A stretch of DNA of 64,000 bases from Podarcis melisellensis (taxonomy: Eukaryota), in NCBI GenBank assembly GCA_964234715.1, contig OZ174278.1. One strand, given 5' to 3'. Under the pieces are notes generated by a model, which was not told the origin of the DNA, did no database searches, and worked only from the letters and a program-made list of their open reading frames with translations. Each line of letters opens with the position of its first letter. The stretch's first letter is position 1. The translations under genes and the position numbers were made by a program. Shown in pieces: positions 1-13,126 of this stretch.

Positions 1-439
1 TAATCAGATACCTTTTACATTGGCTGGAGTCCCAGGTCAAATTATTCAACAGAAACAATCCTTCCCCATTGTTTAATAACTGTTTCTGGCAGACATATTA
101 ATTATATATAAGAGATAGTTTCATCCCAGGGGAACAACAGTGTACCTTTTCAGCTGTATTCCATAATAGCTTCCCATTATAGTTATCCGGGTTTTTCTAT
201 CTCTTTTTATAAAGTGGATTACCACAGTAACAATGGATAATAATACAGTTTTAAAAGGCGATACATCAGTACATCAGCAAGGAAAAAATAATGCCTATCA
301 TCACAGAGAGCTAGTGATGCAATGGGTTAAACTGTAGAAATCCAAGTCTATTTGCATGTAAAATGAATTCCTTTCATTAGACACTAAACTATTGGGAAAT
401 TAGTTTCACTGACTGACTCTCAGAGTTTTGAGCATGGCT

Positions 440-790
440 TTGGATGTCACACTAAATTATGTTTGACCATGACAGAAACAAGCCTAGGTGATCCTCACAT
501 TGGCATAGCTAGCCACACACACACACACACACTCTGAGAGAGGGGGGGAGAGGGAGGGAGAGGGACGTGGGGATGGCGAAAGTCATATTGGAAGCTTTCA
601 CTTCTGATTCTCCTCCCAACCCATAAACTGTGATTAATCTTAATTATGGTTAATGAAAATTAATCAGCTTTATAAACTATGGTTTAAAGTATAATTGTTT
701 CAAACAAACCATGGTTAATCACATTGTTGGTGGTTTGGGTGACACAACAAGCTATGGTTAATCTTAAAAAAGCTTTTTAAATTGCCCCTA
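440..790. repeat. Degenerate squamate interspersed repeat rich in AAACCATGGTT/ACTATGGTT motifs, with (CA)n/(GA)n microsatellite at ~514-565
   Basis: Repeated aactatggtt/aaccatggtt/agctatggtt motifs; family assignment by recall only. Confidence 0.4.
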
Positions 791-2113
791 CTGGTCTGAG
801 GGTGGTAACCAAACAGGATTCTAGAGGTACATCGCAAAAAAAGCCATTCAGGAAAAGAAAACCAGCTTGTGTAGAAAAGACATGAAACTAAAAAGAAGTC
901 CAGTGAAGAAGGAGTCAGTTCTCTCTAACATCCCAGAAACCTTTTCCTGCACATTGATGGATTTATTTTTATTTCACCCTTGCTCACAAATAAACTTTGT
1001 TTTGTATTGGTAAATGATAGGTCATAGCGTAAACACCTTCAGATTCTGTTTTTCATTGTTTTAGGTATCAACATGAGCCTAAGTCTTATTGGGCTATAGA
1101 CAAACTCACAAATTCCACCCAACACTCCTAACTGCACAGATTAAAAGATCTTGTACCTTCTTCTGACTGGGGCATTGGTCTTTAGCTCAACAATAGTTTC
1201 ATCAGCATTTCTACTTCTCATACACTCCTCCAGACTGAAAAATATTTCTGTCCTCAAAGTAGGCATTTGACCCTCTTTCAGTCATGAACCAGAGTTTCAT
1301 GCTTCCATTCCACTCCACTTTTTCTGGGGTGATTTGCCCCCCAAACTGAGTTCATTCACAGCTTCCAAATTCTTCCTCACATCTTTGCCACAGTAAGACA
1401 GGGAAGGATGGAGCTCATGAACCCAAAGTTTACCCAAACTTGATTCAATTACAAGTCTAGGTGAGTTTGTGGTCATGTGTAGTTTAATGCAGTTTACTGA
1501 GTTGTCTGGAGGCACCAGACATAAAAACTTTATGTCCCAAAAGTTTTTTTTCCATGGAAAGGACTTGCAAGTGCCTGTTCTACCAATTGTTCACACTTAT
1601 TATTAGAGGACTACCTCAAATTGGCATAACGTTCATTCCTGAGAAGTACAGCTTCTGTTTTACCAGCTATAATTATTGTGTTCTTTGCGACTAGGTCACC
1701 TCATAAAATCTAATGCCAAAATGCAATATTAAAATAAGTTATATAAGTGGATATTGCTCAGATTGAATCTGATGGGGTCAGGACACTCTGAGGCATAGGG
1801 GTTGTATATGATATAGAGTAATATTGAAGTATGTCAAATGCAGGAAATTACGAGAAATTACTGCCTTGCCAGTACAGTTAACCCTCAGCAAAATATAGCA
1901 TGTCGTTTGAGTACAGGAACATTTTTATTTGACTATAAAAGAAGTAATATTCTTAATTTAATGTGATCTTTAAATATTTTTTGCCATGTGTTCTTAAATG
2001 AAAGGCTGCCACTAAAAGTATTTAAAATTTCAGAAGAACAGGTCTGTTCTCTGTAGTGTTGTTTGCTAGAGTGGAACAGTTACAAATATTAGTTCCAGGC
2101 TAAGTTAGTTGGA

Positions 2114-2491
2114 GGGACTTGGGTGGCGCTGTGATCTAAACCACTGAACCTAGGGCTTGCTGACTGGAAGGTCAGCAGTTCGAATCCCTGCTACGGGGTG
2201 AGCTCCCGTTGCTCAGTCCCAGCTTCTGCCAACCTAGCAGTTCAAAAGCACGTCAAAGTGCAAGTAGATAAACAGGTACCACTCGGGCGGGAAGGTAAAC
2301 AGCGTTTCTGTGCACTGCTCTGGTCTTGGTGTTTCGTTGCACCTGAAGCGGCTTAGTCATGCTGGCCACATGGCCCGGAAAAACTGTCTGCGGACAAACG
2401 TTGGCTCCCTTGGCCAGTAAAGCGAGATGAGCACTGCAACCCCTGAGTCGTTCATGACTGGACTTAACTGTCAGGAGTCCTTTTTTTTTTT
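2114..2491 (+). mobile_element. Sauria SINE, full length
   Basis: tRNA-like head (gggtggcgctgtg...gttcgaatcc), Sauria body (gtgcaagtagataaa..ggtacc; gtcatgctggccacatg), T-rich tail; 13-bp TSD taagttagttgga at 2101-2113 and 2492-2504. Confidence 0.92.
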
Positions 2492-3088
2492 TAAGTTAGT
2501 TGGACTTAGGTCTCATTGCAATTAATGAGGTAAGTTAGTAATGGGTTGACAGTGCAATTCTAGTCAAATCTATTCAGAAGTTACACTTAGTTCAATGCCA
2601 CTGACTCCCAGATAGGGATGCAAGAAAACATTGTTTTCATTCTGCCCTGTGTCTGTCACCTGCAGCACTGTTTCTGCTCAACTGCAGTTCGCCTTATGCC
2701 AAATACTACATTATTTGTCTCACTGACCACTGTGGCAAAATGATATAACTTACATAAATTATATAAATTGCATGACTACATTTTCATTATGTTATCTGCC
2801 CCATTCATTTCAAGGCAAAGGAAACACAGTGTAAGGCATTTTGATAGGATCAATGATGTATTGTTTGAGGACTGAAAGCAGCAACAGCAGCAAATACCGA
2901 TTGTTTTTGCTGGATTGATTTCAGTTATGGACATGGAATGAATAAGCGAACATCTGCAATTACCGCTTCCATTTTCTTGGAATTCTCTGGCATCCCTACC
3001 CCCAGGTAAGCATTTATAGGATGCAGCCTAAACACTGTAATCTTATGCATGCTTTGGACATAAATCTGCCTACAACTCCTGCCAGCCC

Positions 3089-3280
3089 AGCAGCTATAGC
3101 TCAATAGTAAAACACATGCCCTGCATGCAAAAGGTTGCCGGTTCAATTCCTGGCCACTCCAGGTAGGGCTGGGAAACACTGACTGAAACCTTGGAGAGCC
3201 ACTATAAGCCAGTATAGACAATACTGAGCTAGAAGACCCAATGATATGACTCGATATAAGGCAACTTCTATGTTCCTATG
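3089..3280 (+). mobile_element. Squam3-type tRNA-derived SINE (old)
   Basis: A box tagctcaatagt, B box ggttcaattcc, body gaaaccttggagagcc...gacaatactgagctag, tail ctatgttcctatg. Confidence 0.75.
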
Positions 3281-6149
3281 CTAGAATCGCTCCTAGACAT
3301 TTCGAGTACACGCCATTTATTAAAGTTACAAGTACCACAACTTTTATATTGCCATATTGAAAACCTTTGTTTATGCTGACATGAGGCCTAGATTAAAAAA
3401 CAATGAATCACCCGGTTTTATTTTGGCTTGAAACTGAAGACATATGCACACAGATTGTTACTGTCATTTTTAAAATGCTATTCTTTTTTTAATGGCATAA
3501 TCTTGCTGGGCAAAAGATGTTGCTGCTCCAATGGAGCTTCAGCAACAACAACCATACACCCATTTAGCGAATGTTCCTTCCAACTACTACTAATGTTCCT
3601 TGCATGTAGATATATTCCTGATAATGTAAGCATTTCATAAACAGGTTAACAATGAAAACTTAAGACTTGATTCCTTTAAATAAAATGTTACACTCTGAAA
3701 TAGTGACAGTCTGAGCAGGAGAAAAGAACATGTCTTCATCAGTGCAGAATAAGCAATTACAATAGAGAAGCGAAAGCTACCTTTGCTATTAGACACTGTC
3801 ATAATGCATTAGTGAAGTATCATATTAAATCATACCTAATGTGAAATGATGTTCTACTGATAGGATGTCGCTGCTGCTATGATCTATTCTACTGACATCT
3901 CACAGTTAGATCAAGGCAGCTTTCTGCAGATCTGGCACTGGAGAGCCAAACTCCTGCCAGAGAAGCTGATTAAGAACTCATATCCCCACCTGGTGCCAGG
4001 AAAAAGGCACATGACATCCTGAGCTTTAGATGATTATCATCCTGTAATTACCTGGACACTTAATCTAACCTAGACCTTTTCCTGCTGAAATATGTAATCT
4101 CCAAAGAAAGCATTGTCAGCAACATGGGGATAAACAGGAAACTCTAGCATTATGGTCTTTCTTTTTCAAACACTATCATATGCATTGAAAATGTTTATTT
4201 AAGGAAAGAAGTTACATAGGAGGCTATCATTGGAAACTGCATCATTCCTTGAGTTCTTCCCCTATTCTCCCATAACATTTGGATCATTGTGACATTAGAG
4301 TATTGTGCATTGCCCTGACTGTGAGTTTAACAGCAACAAAGCATTGGCCTTATTTCATCAGCCAAATTTTGGTTTTATCACCAGGCCTAGAAGTCACTGC
4401 AAACAGGCCAACCATGACATATTTCCCAATACAAAATGTTCCCAATAGACATCCAGGATAAGTGTGACTTTCCTTTGTCAATCTGAAACCACTGCTGTCG
4501 CAGTTGAGTATCTTGAAGAGAGAGCAGGTTTGAGAATATTACTGTTAGAAGTGTGGGGGGATTCACAAGCTGTCAAATAATTAAGCCAGTTGCAGTTGTG
4601 ATAATCAACAATGCTCTGTTCCAGATGTTACCATTTGGAGAGATTCTGTGTTTTAGAGAAGGGAGCATGATACAATAAAACCAAATGTGAGGTGCATTTA
4701 AGGTGCAACAATCATTTCTTACGGGAAAGGGACATACTAATTTTGCAAATAAGTAGCCTAAATCTGTGATGCCAGTATACAGAAAGATAGAAATGTCAAT
4801 AGAAATAAATGAAAGAGGACTTTGTACATTCCAAGCAGCCAATATAACAACACACCAGAGTCCCATGAGCCATCATTTAGGAGCTGAGTGATCCTACAAT
4901 AACATCTCCTGTTCGATGCAAAGACAATCAGGTTATGCTGAACTATGTGCAGAAGTTATATGCTTAAGGGAGAAGAAAGAACAGTCATCATGTATTCTCT
5001 ACAGAAAGATAGCTGCTTTTGAATACAATGCCATTTTCTTGGTCATAAATCAAAACAACAGAATTTGTCTCAGGAGATTTACAGGACAGTGGAACCTCCA
5101 GTGACAGCAAGTTTTCCTGTTCACAAAGGACGACAAAATCAATCACACGAGATGCCTGTGGCTCAGCTTGGATGTCAGCACATTTGTTAGAATTTGACTG
5201 CCAGCCACCTCCCATTTATCTCTACTGACTGGGTACCGAAGCTGTCATAAGGCACAGTGTAAACCTGCCCAAAACACATCGAACCTCATCTGGAACACGA
5301 ACTGGTTCATCAAGAGAAGAGACATTTTCATACATCACGCCAGACTGGCATTTGCGCCGCATAAATCAGCCAAAACTTTTCACCATGCAAAACGGAAAGT
5401 TTTGCTCCTCTTCCTGTCAGTAAGTGACAGAGTTATAAAGTGGAGTAAATGATCCCTGCACATAATCTCATGCAACAGTGCACTTCAAGGTCCTCAGTTA
5501 GGGACTTAATGATAATTCTTCAAACTTAAGTACCTAAATTGCCTATAAGGCATCTTAGATGTGCAATCTCTTATTGATCTTATTATTCAAATACTCTGTA
5601 AATAACTCTCGCTTACTCCCCCCCCCCCAAGTCCCATCCCCAGCCAGTTTGCCTTTCCTCAAGAGTAAATTAAGTAGAACTGCATTCATTACTGTCTTTA
5701 AGCATCTTGGCATATACATCAAACTGCTTTGAACTGCTTTACGTAATTAGGTTCTGCAGTTCTCAAATGCTGCCATTTTTCTTCTAGCTTAAGCATACTT
5801 TGTGAAAGCTTAGCAGAATGGTTCTCATAACTTTGTTCATCAAGGACACTGGTAGAAGTTAAATGCCACGCTATAAAGAAAGAAAAGCTTATTTTAACTT
5901 AAATGAGACATGCCCAGTAAATGAACATTACAGACATAATGGTTGTGTCCTCTAGTGTGTAATGGGAATTGAGTGTCTCATTTGGTTGCTCACTTAGCTG
6001 AATATTTACTTCCAAAGCCCTGACAAATCGCCAAGGAAATGGAAGTGACAGTTAAGGGAACTTCAGTCTCTCTTGGCATAAAAAGCAGCACAATGGGAAT
6101 GATGAAAACTGGAAGGTCCTAGGCTCTTCCTGGGAGCTAAGCACTTGAG

Positions 6150-6228
6150 GAAGCAGCTCTTTGGCTGAGCTCATGCTTTGCATACAGAAGACCCCTGGTT
6201 CAAATTTCACATACACACACATACAGAC

Positions 6229-6281
<53 letters not shown>

Positions 6282-6385
6282 TTTGACCTGAGTTACAAGG
6301 CTAAACACATCTTCCTGAGACCTTGAAGAGCCATCTGAGGGTAGTTGAGAGTAGACAGCTAGAACAAATTATCTGCAATCTCATA
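6150..6385 (+). mobile_element. Degenerate Squam3-type SINE interrupted by (TA)n(GA)n microsatellite (~6230-6277)
   Basis: tgctttgcatacagaagacccctggttcaa head and cctgagaccttgaagagcca body flank the dinucleotide run. Confidence 0.55.
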
Positions 6386-6559
6386 ATACTTTTCTTCTTA
6401 ATCAGGTTTTCAACCACCCTCCCCAAGTTATTTAAATTGCTGTTAAGCTTGACTGCTTTCTATTGCTTGTATATACTGGGTAATATCCAAGATTTAGTCA
6501 GAATAGACCTTTCGAAATCAAATGGCTTTTACAAATGCTAGATAATGTTCATTCTGCAA

Positions 6560-6890
6560 TTGCAAGGAACCAGTTCCCCAACGTGTCAGCACCTAAACTT
6601 TGGAATTCCCTGGCCACTGACATCAGGAAGATATTTTTCACTGTACTATTTTCGGCACCTGCGAAAAACTTTTTTGTTTAAGCAAACGTAATGTAACATG
6701 TAAATCTGACATATATTTTAATATGTACATGATTATTATTAATAGTAAACTGTTTATTTTACATTGAAAAATGTTAAGCTAAATTGTTTATCACATTTGA
6801 TTTTATTCATAATTTGAATGTGTGTTTTAGATTTTATGTAAACCACTTTTGGTGATGAAGTAGTGCATAAATTATGTTAACTAAAATAAA
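6560..6890 (+). mobile_element. Old L2 LINE 3' remnant
   Basis: gcacctaaactttggaattccctg (AP.LWNSL) and aaaacttttttgttt (KTFLF) followed by AT-rich UTR. Confidence 0.55.
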
Positions 6891-6929
6891 GGAATACACT
6901 ATGATTTGATTGAATGTCACCTATTGCCA

Positions 6930-7890
6930 TTGACCCTCCATTGATAATATCCTTGTCATTTTGCAGCCCCTTCTCTCTGCTTTGAAAGGAGGGATAGCAT
7001 TCAGAGTCAAAATAAACACACCAAGGGTTTGCCTAGGATTGGGGGGAGACTGTATTCTCAAAAATTGGTGAGAGGGAGAAAATCTATTACTTGACAAGAA
7101 TCCTGTCTCTTTGGTGGGCATGTATAGGCTTCCTCATGCTGCCTTCTCTTTTTCTCCTGACAATTTTTCAGGTGAACATAATTAACACTGCATCTTCCCA
7201 GTACAGAGTAACATAGGACGAGAATTGAACAAACACACATCACCCCTGCTAGCCTTGACATCAGATAACCCTCAGCCAACAGGGACAGGGAAAGTGGTAA
7301 ACTTTCGTCTCCTCCAACACATTTCAGTAACTTTGGTCCCACCCAACATCAATCTTCTCATGCCAATGTTGACATCCCAGAACAACAATTTGGTTCCAAG
7401 GTGCTGCCTCCAGATGATTCATTACTCTTCTAATTAGCCAATCAACATTGGAAGTAAATCAGATTGGTTTCAAATACTTCTGTTTCTCCAGACTGTTAAT
7501 ACAGATATATAAAGTTCGCAGCAATGTAGGTGTGGAAAAACATGTTGGATTCCTAGATGGCAGCATCAAATTTTAAGTGCCTGGCCCTGTGGAAATTCAC
7601 GCGTGCAGGAAGTTTAGAAACAGGATTAAAGTAACTGTTTTGTCATTGACACAGTGTCAGCTCAAGTCAGCTCTGAGTGTGGGCTTCTCTTAAAGTTAGT
7701 CAGGAAGATGCAACTGGCACAGAATGCTGCAGCCTCGTTGCCACGGAGTGCAGCTTGACAGGATCATATCATTCCAATGTTGAAAGTGCTGTACCGACTG
7801 CCAAAAGCCACTGGACCTGATTCAGGTTGCCATATTTACTGTGTAAAGCCTGAATGAGTTGAGATCTGGGCACCTGAAGGCGTGCTTCAT
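6930..7890 (+). mobile_element. Heavily decayed L2 LINE ORF2 remnant
   Basis: 7681-7800 reads GLLLKLVRKMQLAQNAAA...DHIIPML (L2 post-RT motif LQ.VQNAAA...HITP.L); weaker RT-like remnant near 7290-7360. Left boundary uncertain. Confidence 0.55.
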
Positions 7891-7949
7891 CAATATTATT
7901 TATTACTACATAAACTGTCCTGCAGCGACTTACACTTCTAAAAACCTAG

Positions 7950-8130
7950 ATGTTGATAATGAGGTGCCAGCACCTCCTGAAAGAAAGCATTCCACAGCCA
8001 AGGAGGAACCACTAAAAAGACCTCATGTTGCCAGCCTTTGTGCTAGCCTTGGAGGGGGCACATGACGAAGGGCCTCAGATGATGAACACCAAGATCTGGG
8101 TAGGTTCATGTAGGGAGAGGTGATCCATAA
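7950..8130 (-). mobile_element. L2 ORF2 C-terminal fragment (minus strand)
   Basis: Reverse complement shows LWNA-type motif (gcattccacagc on plus) and LRSS-like segment as in the 15666 copy. Confidence 0.5.
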
Positions 8131-8406
8131 AGTATACCTCTCCACCCGAGCCTTATGTAATTGTTACAATGCATCTCTTATTGATATATGACACTTGGCA
8201 TGTTCTGTGAGCTAAAGAGTGTAATACATCAACCCTCTTATTGATAGTAAATAATATTTCACTACTATCTATAACAGGTTCAGAATAACTGTTCACAACA
8301 GACCGTTCACCTAAGCATTGAGATTGTGGAAATCTTTTGAACAATTACCAGTTCTGTAACTTTCATACCTGAATCTTTCCTCTGGAAAAGCTATCTTCTT
8401 GTATTG

Positions 8407-8567
8407 NNNNNNNNNNNNNNNNNNNNNNNNNNNNNNNNNNNNNNNNNNNNNNNNNNNNNNNNNNNNNNNNNNNNNNNNNNNNNNNNNNNNNNNNNNNNNN
8501 NNNNNNNNNNNNNNNNNNNNNNNNNNNNNNNNNNNNNNNNNNNNNNNNNNNNNNNNNNNNNNNNNNN
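8407..8567. other. Assembly gap (161 N)
   Basis: Run of N. Confidence 1.
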
Positions 8568-10472
8568 TTTTCCTGTCTCTGCTATAGCACTGAAAGTATA
8601 AACTGAGGAATGAGGAAACTTGGTCACAAAATAAAGCTTTTGGGTATCATAAGAGCACACATATAACCTGCATTGTATATGATCACTATTAAGACTGACT
8701 TGAAGAAACACATAATGGTGCTTCATGGGAAACCATGCAAGAACAGTTTGAAAATCCATAACGTATTTCAGTTCCAATCAAAGAGAAATGTTTTGTCCCC
8801 AACACCCCAGATGGTACAGCAATTTGGCTGGAAGGCATCAGTTGCACCAGTTATAGAGTTGACACTAACTGCTAATAATGAATGCAGTACATTTTATCTG
8901 GGGTAGAGTAATCAGCAATACATTTTTTTATCTCATATAATTAGCTATCATAAGAAAAATGCTACAAATATTTGTATGGCAAATGCTCATAATGACAGCA
9001 GCTTCTGTACATTGCTTGCCTAACACATCCACCATACTGAACATCACAAAAATAAAACAAGACTAAATGCTGCTTCTCCTAATACAGAATTTTAATTATG
9101 TTACATCAGAGCACACATCAACAACAGTAATTTTTAACAGATGGGGAGTTGAGGCAGAGAAAAATCAAGCAATCTTGACACTCCAAATCTATGCATTCAA
9201 AACCTCAACTGTATGATTTAATATGGGAACAAAATTGCAAATCATATTTAACCCACAGAAATACAATCCTGCAAAATTATTCATTCATCACTGTCCGTCT
9301 GAGCCTTGTGCACATATTACTAATGACACCCTAAAGAAATAGCTAGTATTCCAAATGCTCACTGTTAATCACTCTGGACTTATTAGATAAGGCACTTTCC
9401 ACTGACTGCTCACTAAGTTGCAGCCCCATTCCTGATTACAGTTAGGAGTTTTAGTGGGATATCCTTAGAGACTTAAGCAGAAACCATATAGCACCAGATT
9501 GGATAATCATGCTTAAGTTCCTGAATATTGTTTTATTTTTGACAACGCAAATCTCAAAACTAGTGAAAAAGAACCCCATTTTTGGATGAGGGTGGTAGCT
9601 TTGAGAAAAACTAATCAATATATGCATAAAGAGCTTGCTTTCGTCCCAGGAGAAGATGAAATAATACTGTCACCCAGAAAGAATATTTAATTATAATCAA
9701 TTCAGTCTTTTGGAAGAACTTCTTTGTTGTACTCAGCTATGACATAAATGGTTTTATTACCAGTATCTTATTCCAGCAAAACTTTGAAATCTTATAAAGC
9801 AGTCAGGGTACAGACAGTTGATCATGCTATCGCACAATATATATTAGCATCAAATCTGAGCAAAGGCTTTTCTTAACAAATGACAGAATGAAACGAGCAA
9901 CCATCTGAACATGCATTTAGCAGTCCATGGCAAATCTTTGGTATATGGCTGTCGGTATCAACCCACCAGCAGTGAACAAGATTTGGCAGAGAATACAAGA
10001 GCACATATAATTATACAGTATAGTTGCTCAGAGACCAACATTCATTTTCGTGAGATTAGTTTCCAATCAGTTAAATCGAGATCCATACCATCAAAACAGA
10101 TCGATGGGTGATTATAATTTTTCAGCAAACCAATTAACAATGTACAGAAGTATCTACAATTAAATCCCATTGCTTTCAGAGGGGCTTTATGGGTAGATAG
10201 CTAGCTGGTGATTAGATTTTGGACAAGGGTCACCTCCAGACTGTCAATCTTTTGTAGGAACAATTCAACTGTATAACAGAAGTTTAGGTCTGTATTATTA
10301 AAGTAGATTAAAGAGCTCTGGTTTGACAGATCTACTTTTATTTTATTTTCTTTCTTTTTTTAAATGGACTTATTGGGGTTAGGGAAGTATGGGGGAAATG
10401 CACTAAAATGTGCAAAATAACAATTGACTGATGAGAAGCCATATAACTTCAGTGGAGACATATCAGGATGAA

Positions 10473-10859
10473 TGTGTTAGTTTCTGTGTGTTGCCACTGT
10501 GCAGTGCTCTTGGAGCCACAGGACTCTGTTTACATTCCAGAGACATTACAGGCTGTTGGAAGTGTCACGGAAGACAGGAGACGGATGTGATGTTTACTGG
10601 TTTCCTGTTCCTTTGTTGTCCGGTTGCCCTCTGTCTTTCACAGAGAGAGGATGTATTTTTCTTTGCTGTCTGCGTAGTTAGTAATAAAACTCCTAGCATG
10701 TAGCTCATACTATCTCATCCTTCCAAATGCTGCTGGAAACTCTGCTGAATGGGGGATGTGCCTGGAGCCTTATCAGAAGCTCAGGTCGTCAATCACGTCG
10801 GAGGCGATTCCGGAGGACTCAGCCGGAGGAGGATGAGCTTTATTGGCTTGGTCGAGCAG
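10473..10859. mobile_element. Possible solo LTR-like element
   Basis: TG...CA bounded, CpG-retaining block with aataaa at ~10683; no TSD found. Confidence 0.35.
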
Positions 10860-10941
10860 AGATTCCTACAGAACGCTCATACTCATTTAATCTCTCCAGA
10901 AACCAATCAGAACAAATGTCCAATAATATCTGGCAAGCCCT

Positions 10942-11035
10942 TCAGATGAAGTGTGCATGCAGACAAAAGCTCATACCAATAACAAACTTAGCTGGTCTCT
11001 AAGGTGCTACTGGAAGGAATTTTCTTATTTTGTTT
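10942..11035 (+). mobile_element. Penelope-like element (PLE) terminal fragment with mutated minimal hammerhead
   Basis: cagatgaagtgtgcatgcagacaaaagctcatacc...aaacttagctggtctctaaggtgctactgg, same family as 34699-34833; 11-bp TSD tggcaagccct at 10931-10941 and 11036-11046. Confidence 0.8.
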
Positions 11036-11952
11036 TGGCAAGCCCTGTTTGTGCCATAGGTACGGTGGTCACCAGGAAATAGCATTGAAGGTTCTATCAC
11101 TGTGGTTCAGAAAGGCCACCAGGAGCAGCCAGCCAGAGCACAGAACTGGTTCTGGTGGGAGGTGCCTGGACTTAGACCATGGAGGACACTCGACATTCCT
11201 GGTCTGTAGCAAGGCTATTGAAAACAGTCCAGGCTACTGCACCACTGATGTATTTTCTGATCTGTATTTGAGAAAACAGCATCAAGGAAGTAGCATTGCC
11301 TGTGTCTTGAAGAAGCTGAAGAAAAGGTCTAAAAAGAAAGCTTTAGCCCGTCTGACTGGCCTGAAGTCCAGCTGTGATATAAAGAGAATGCTTGGCTTGT
11401 GATGGGTGAGCTGAATGAATAAAAGCAGTATTGGCTACGTAGTCTCGTTCTCTTTTTTTCATTGGGGCGGGGAGTGGCAAAATTTGTGTTGGTTTTTTGT
11501 TTTGTTTTTTGCTTGGGAGCAATTAAGAGGAAGCTAGTCAGAAGTATATCTCTGTACTTTATGCATTGGGAGAAATTCAGGAAACTACAAAATCTCTGCA
11601 GAAATGGAACCTGCATAAAATGCAGAGACCAGCTAACATAGATGAAGTGTTCTCCAAGTATATATTAAAGGAAAGGATACAGTGTATTGGGACTAATAAT
11701 AATGTTGCTACAATTACAGACTGCAGTGTACACATAGCTGCTGCACACGAACACCACTTCCATCAATTTTCTTAATAACACTAAGGCAAATGCAACAGGT
11801 TTAAATAATTACGTTGAAGTTTTAGGTTAAACAATCAACATAACGTTCAAGCTGTATGAACAATTGAACAATGAGCCAAATGCATTTTGAGAGCTACTGA
11901 ATCTACCTTCCTGGAAGAAGCTATTGATTACAAGGTCTTTGGGAAGGAGGTA

Positions 11953-12194
11953 CAGTGGTACCTTGGGTTAAGAACTTAATTTGTTCTGGAGGTCCGTTCT
12001 TAACCTGAAACTGTTCTTAACCTGAAGCACCACTTTAGCTAATGGGGCCTCCCACTGCTGCTGCGCTACCGGAGCACGATTTCTGTTCTCATCCTGAAGC
12101 AAAGTTCTTAACCCGAGGTACTATTTCTGGGTTAGCAGAGACTGTAACCTGAAGTGTCTGTAACCTGAAGCGTCTGTAACCCGAGGTACCACTG
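11953..12194 (-). mobile_element. Tigger/pogo-like (Tc1/mariner) MITE, copy 1
   Basis: TIR cagtggtacct(c/t)gggtta...taacccgaggtaccactg, TA TSD both sides; homologous to four other copies. Confidence 0.9.
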
Positions 12195-12734
12195 TAGACT
12201 AAATGGGTAGAGTGCAACGAGGCTGTACTCAGAACAGACCCATTGAAATTAATGGACCTAACTGAGAGCATATTTACATTTCCTCTTGTCCTGCTGCTAT
12301 CCAACAGGGGAAACTGCTCTTTAGTACTCAGTTGGAACAAACAACAATTCAGTTCCCCCCTCCCATTGGCATTTGTTCCGATCTTTCACTAAAGAATGAG
12401 TTTTCCTTTGGAAAGGAATGGGGCAAGAGGCAAACTGCTCAGAAATATGGTTTTCTGCTTGACACGCTTTCTAGGCATGGTACAAGTGGAAGTGTGGATG
12501 AGCCCACAGTCATGTTCATTAATTTTAATGGGTTTTCTCTGAGTAAAACTTGTTTGAAAACCATCCTATGACCTGTTAATTTCTCCTTGTTCTATGCCCC
12601 CAGACTGCAGTGGAGAGAAAACCATGCAGTAGAGAGAAAGTAGAGAGCTCACCAGACTCATCGATAATGTACAAATAAGCAAAATGCAGCTTGGTGGCTT
12701 ACACAAGTGCATCGTTCTCCCACCTTTCTGATTT

Positions 12735-13069
12735 CTTTCTGCAGGATTTGTAAGACAGCGCTTTGGCTTGGAATCAGCCTGATCCCCTCCTCCTCTTTCC
12801 TATTAATTCTGTGAGGGAACCCCTATTTGGGGACTTCCCTGGGTTTTTTCTGGCCCACATAGGACCAGTCTGGATAGTTGGCCTTGGTGAAGATTTGATG
12901 TTTTCTCCCCCCAAACAGTTTTTGATCTGGGCTTCCACTGAAATGAGGCTGCATTTTAAGTTGTAATTTAAACCTGTTTTTAAGTTGTATTTTAATCAAT
13001 TGTTTTAATAGCTGATGTTAGCCGCCCTGAGCCTGGTCTTGGCCAGGGAGGGCGGGATATAAATAAAAC

Positions 13070-13126
<57 letters not shown>
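12735..13126 (+). mobile_element. L2-type LINE 3' end with (TAA)n tail (13071-13126)
   Basis: gccgccctgagcc...gggagggcgggatataaataaa terminal motif followed by a long TAA repeat. Confidence 0.7.

Noticed and set aside
2114-2200. tRNA gene candidates (A/B boxes) here and at 24292, 34400, 56006, 3089
   Set aside because: These are tRNA-derived SINE heads continuing into SINE bodies; no cloverleaf or terminator.
8391-8777. ORFs spanning X runs
   Set aside because: Artefacts of the 161-N assembly gap.
10425-10470. CUGAUGA...GAGAC hammerhead-like string
   Set aside because: No GAAA box adjacent to stem II and no convincing stem I; at best a dead remnant.
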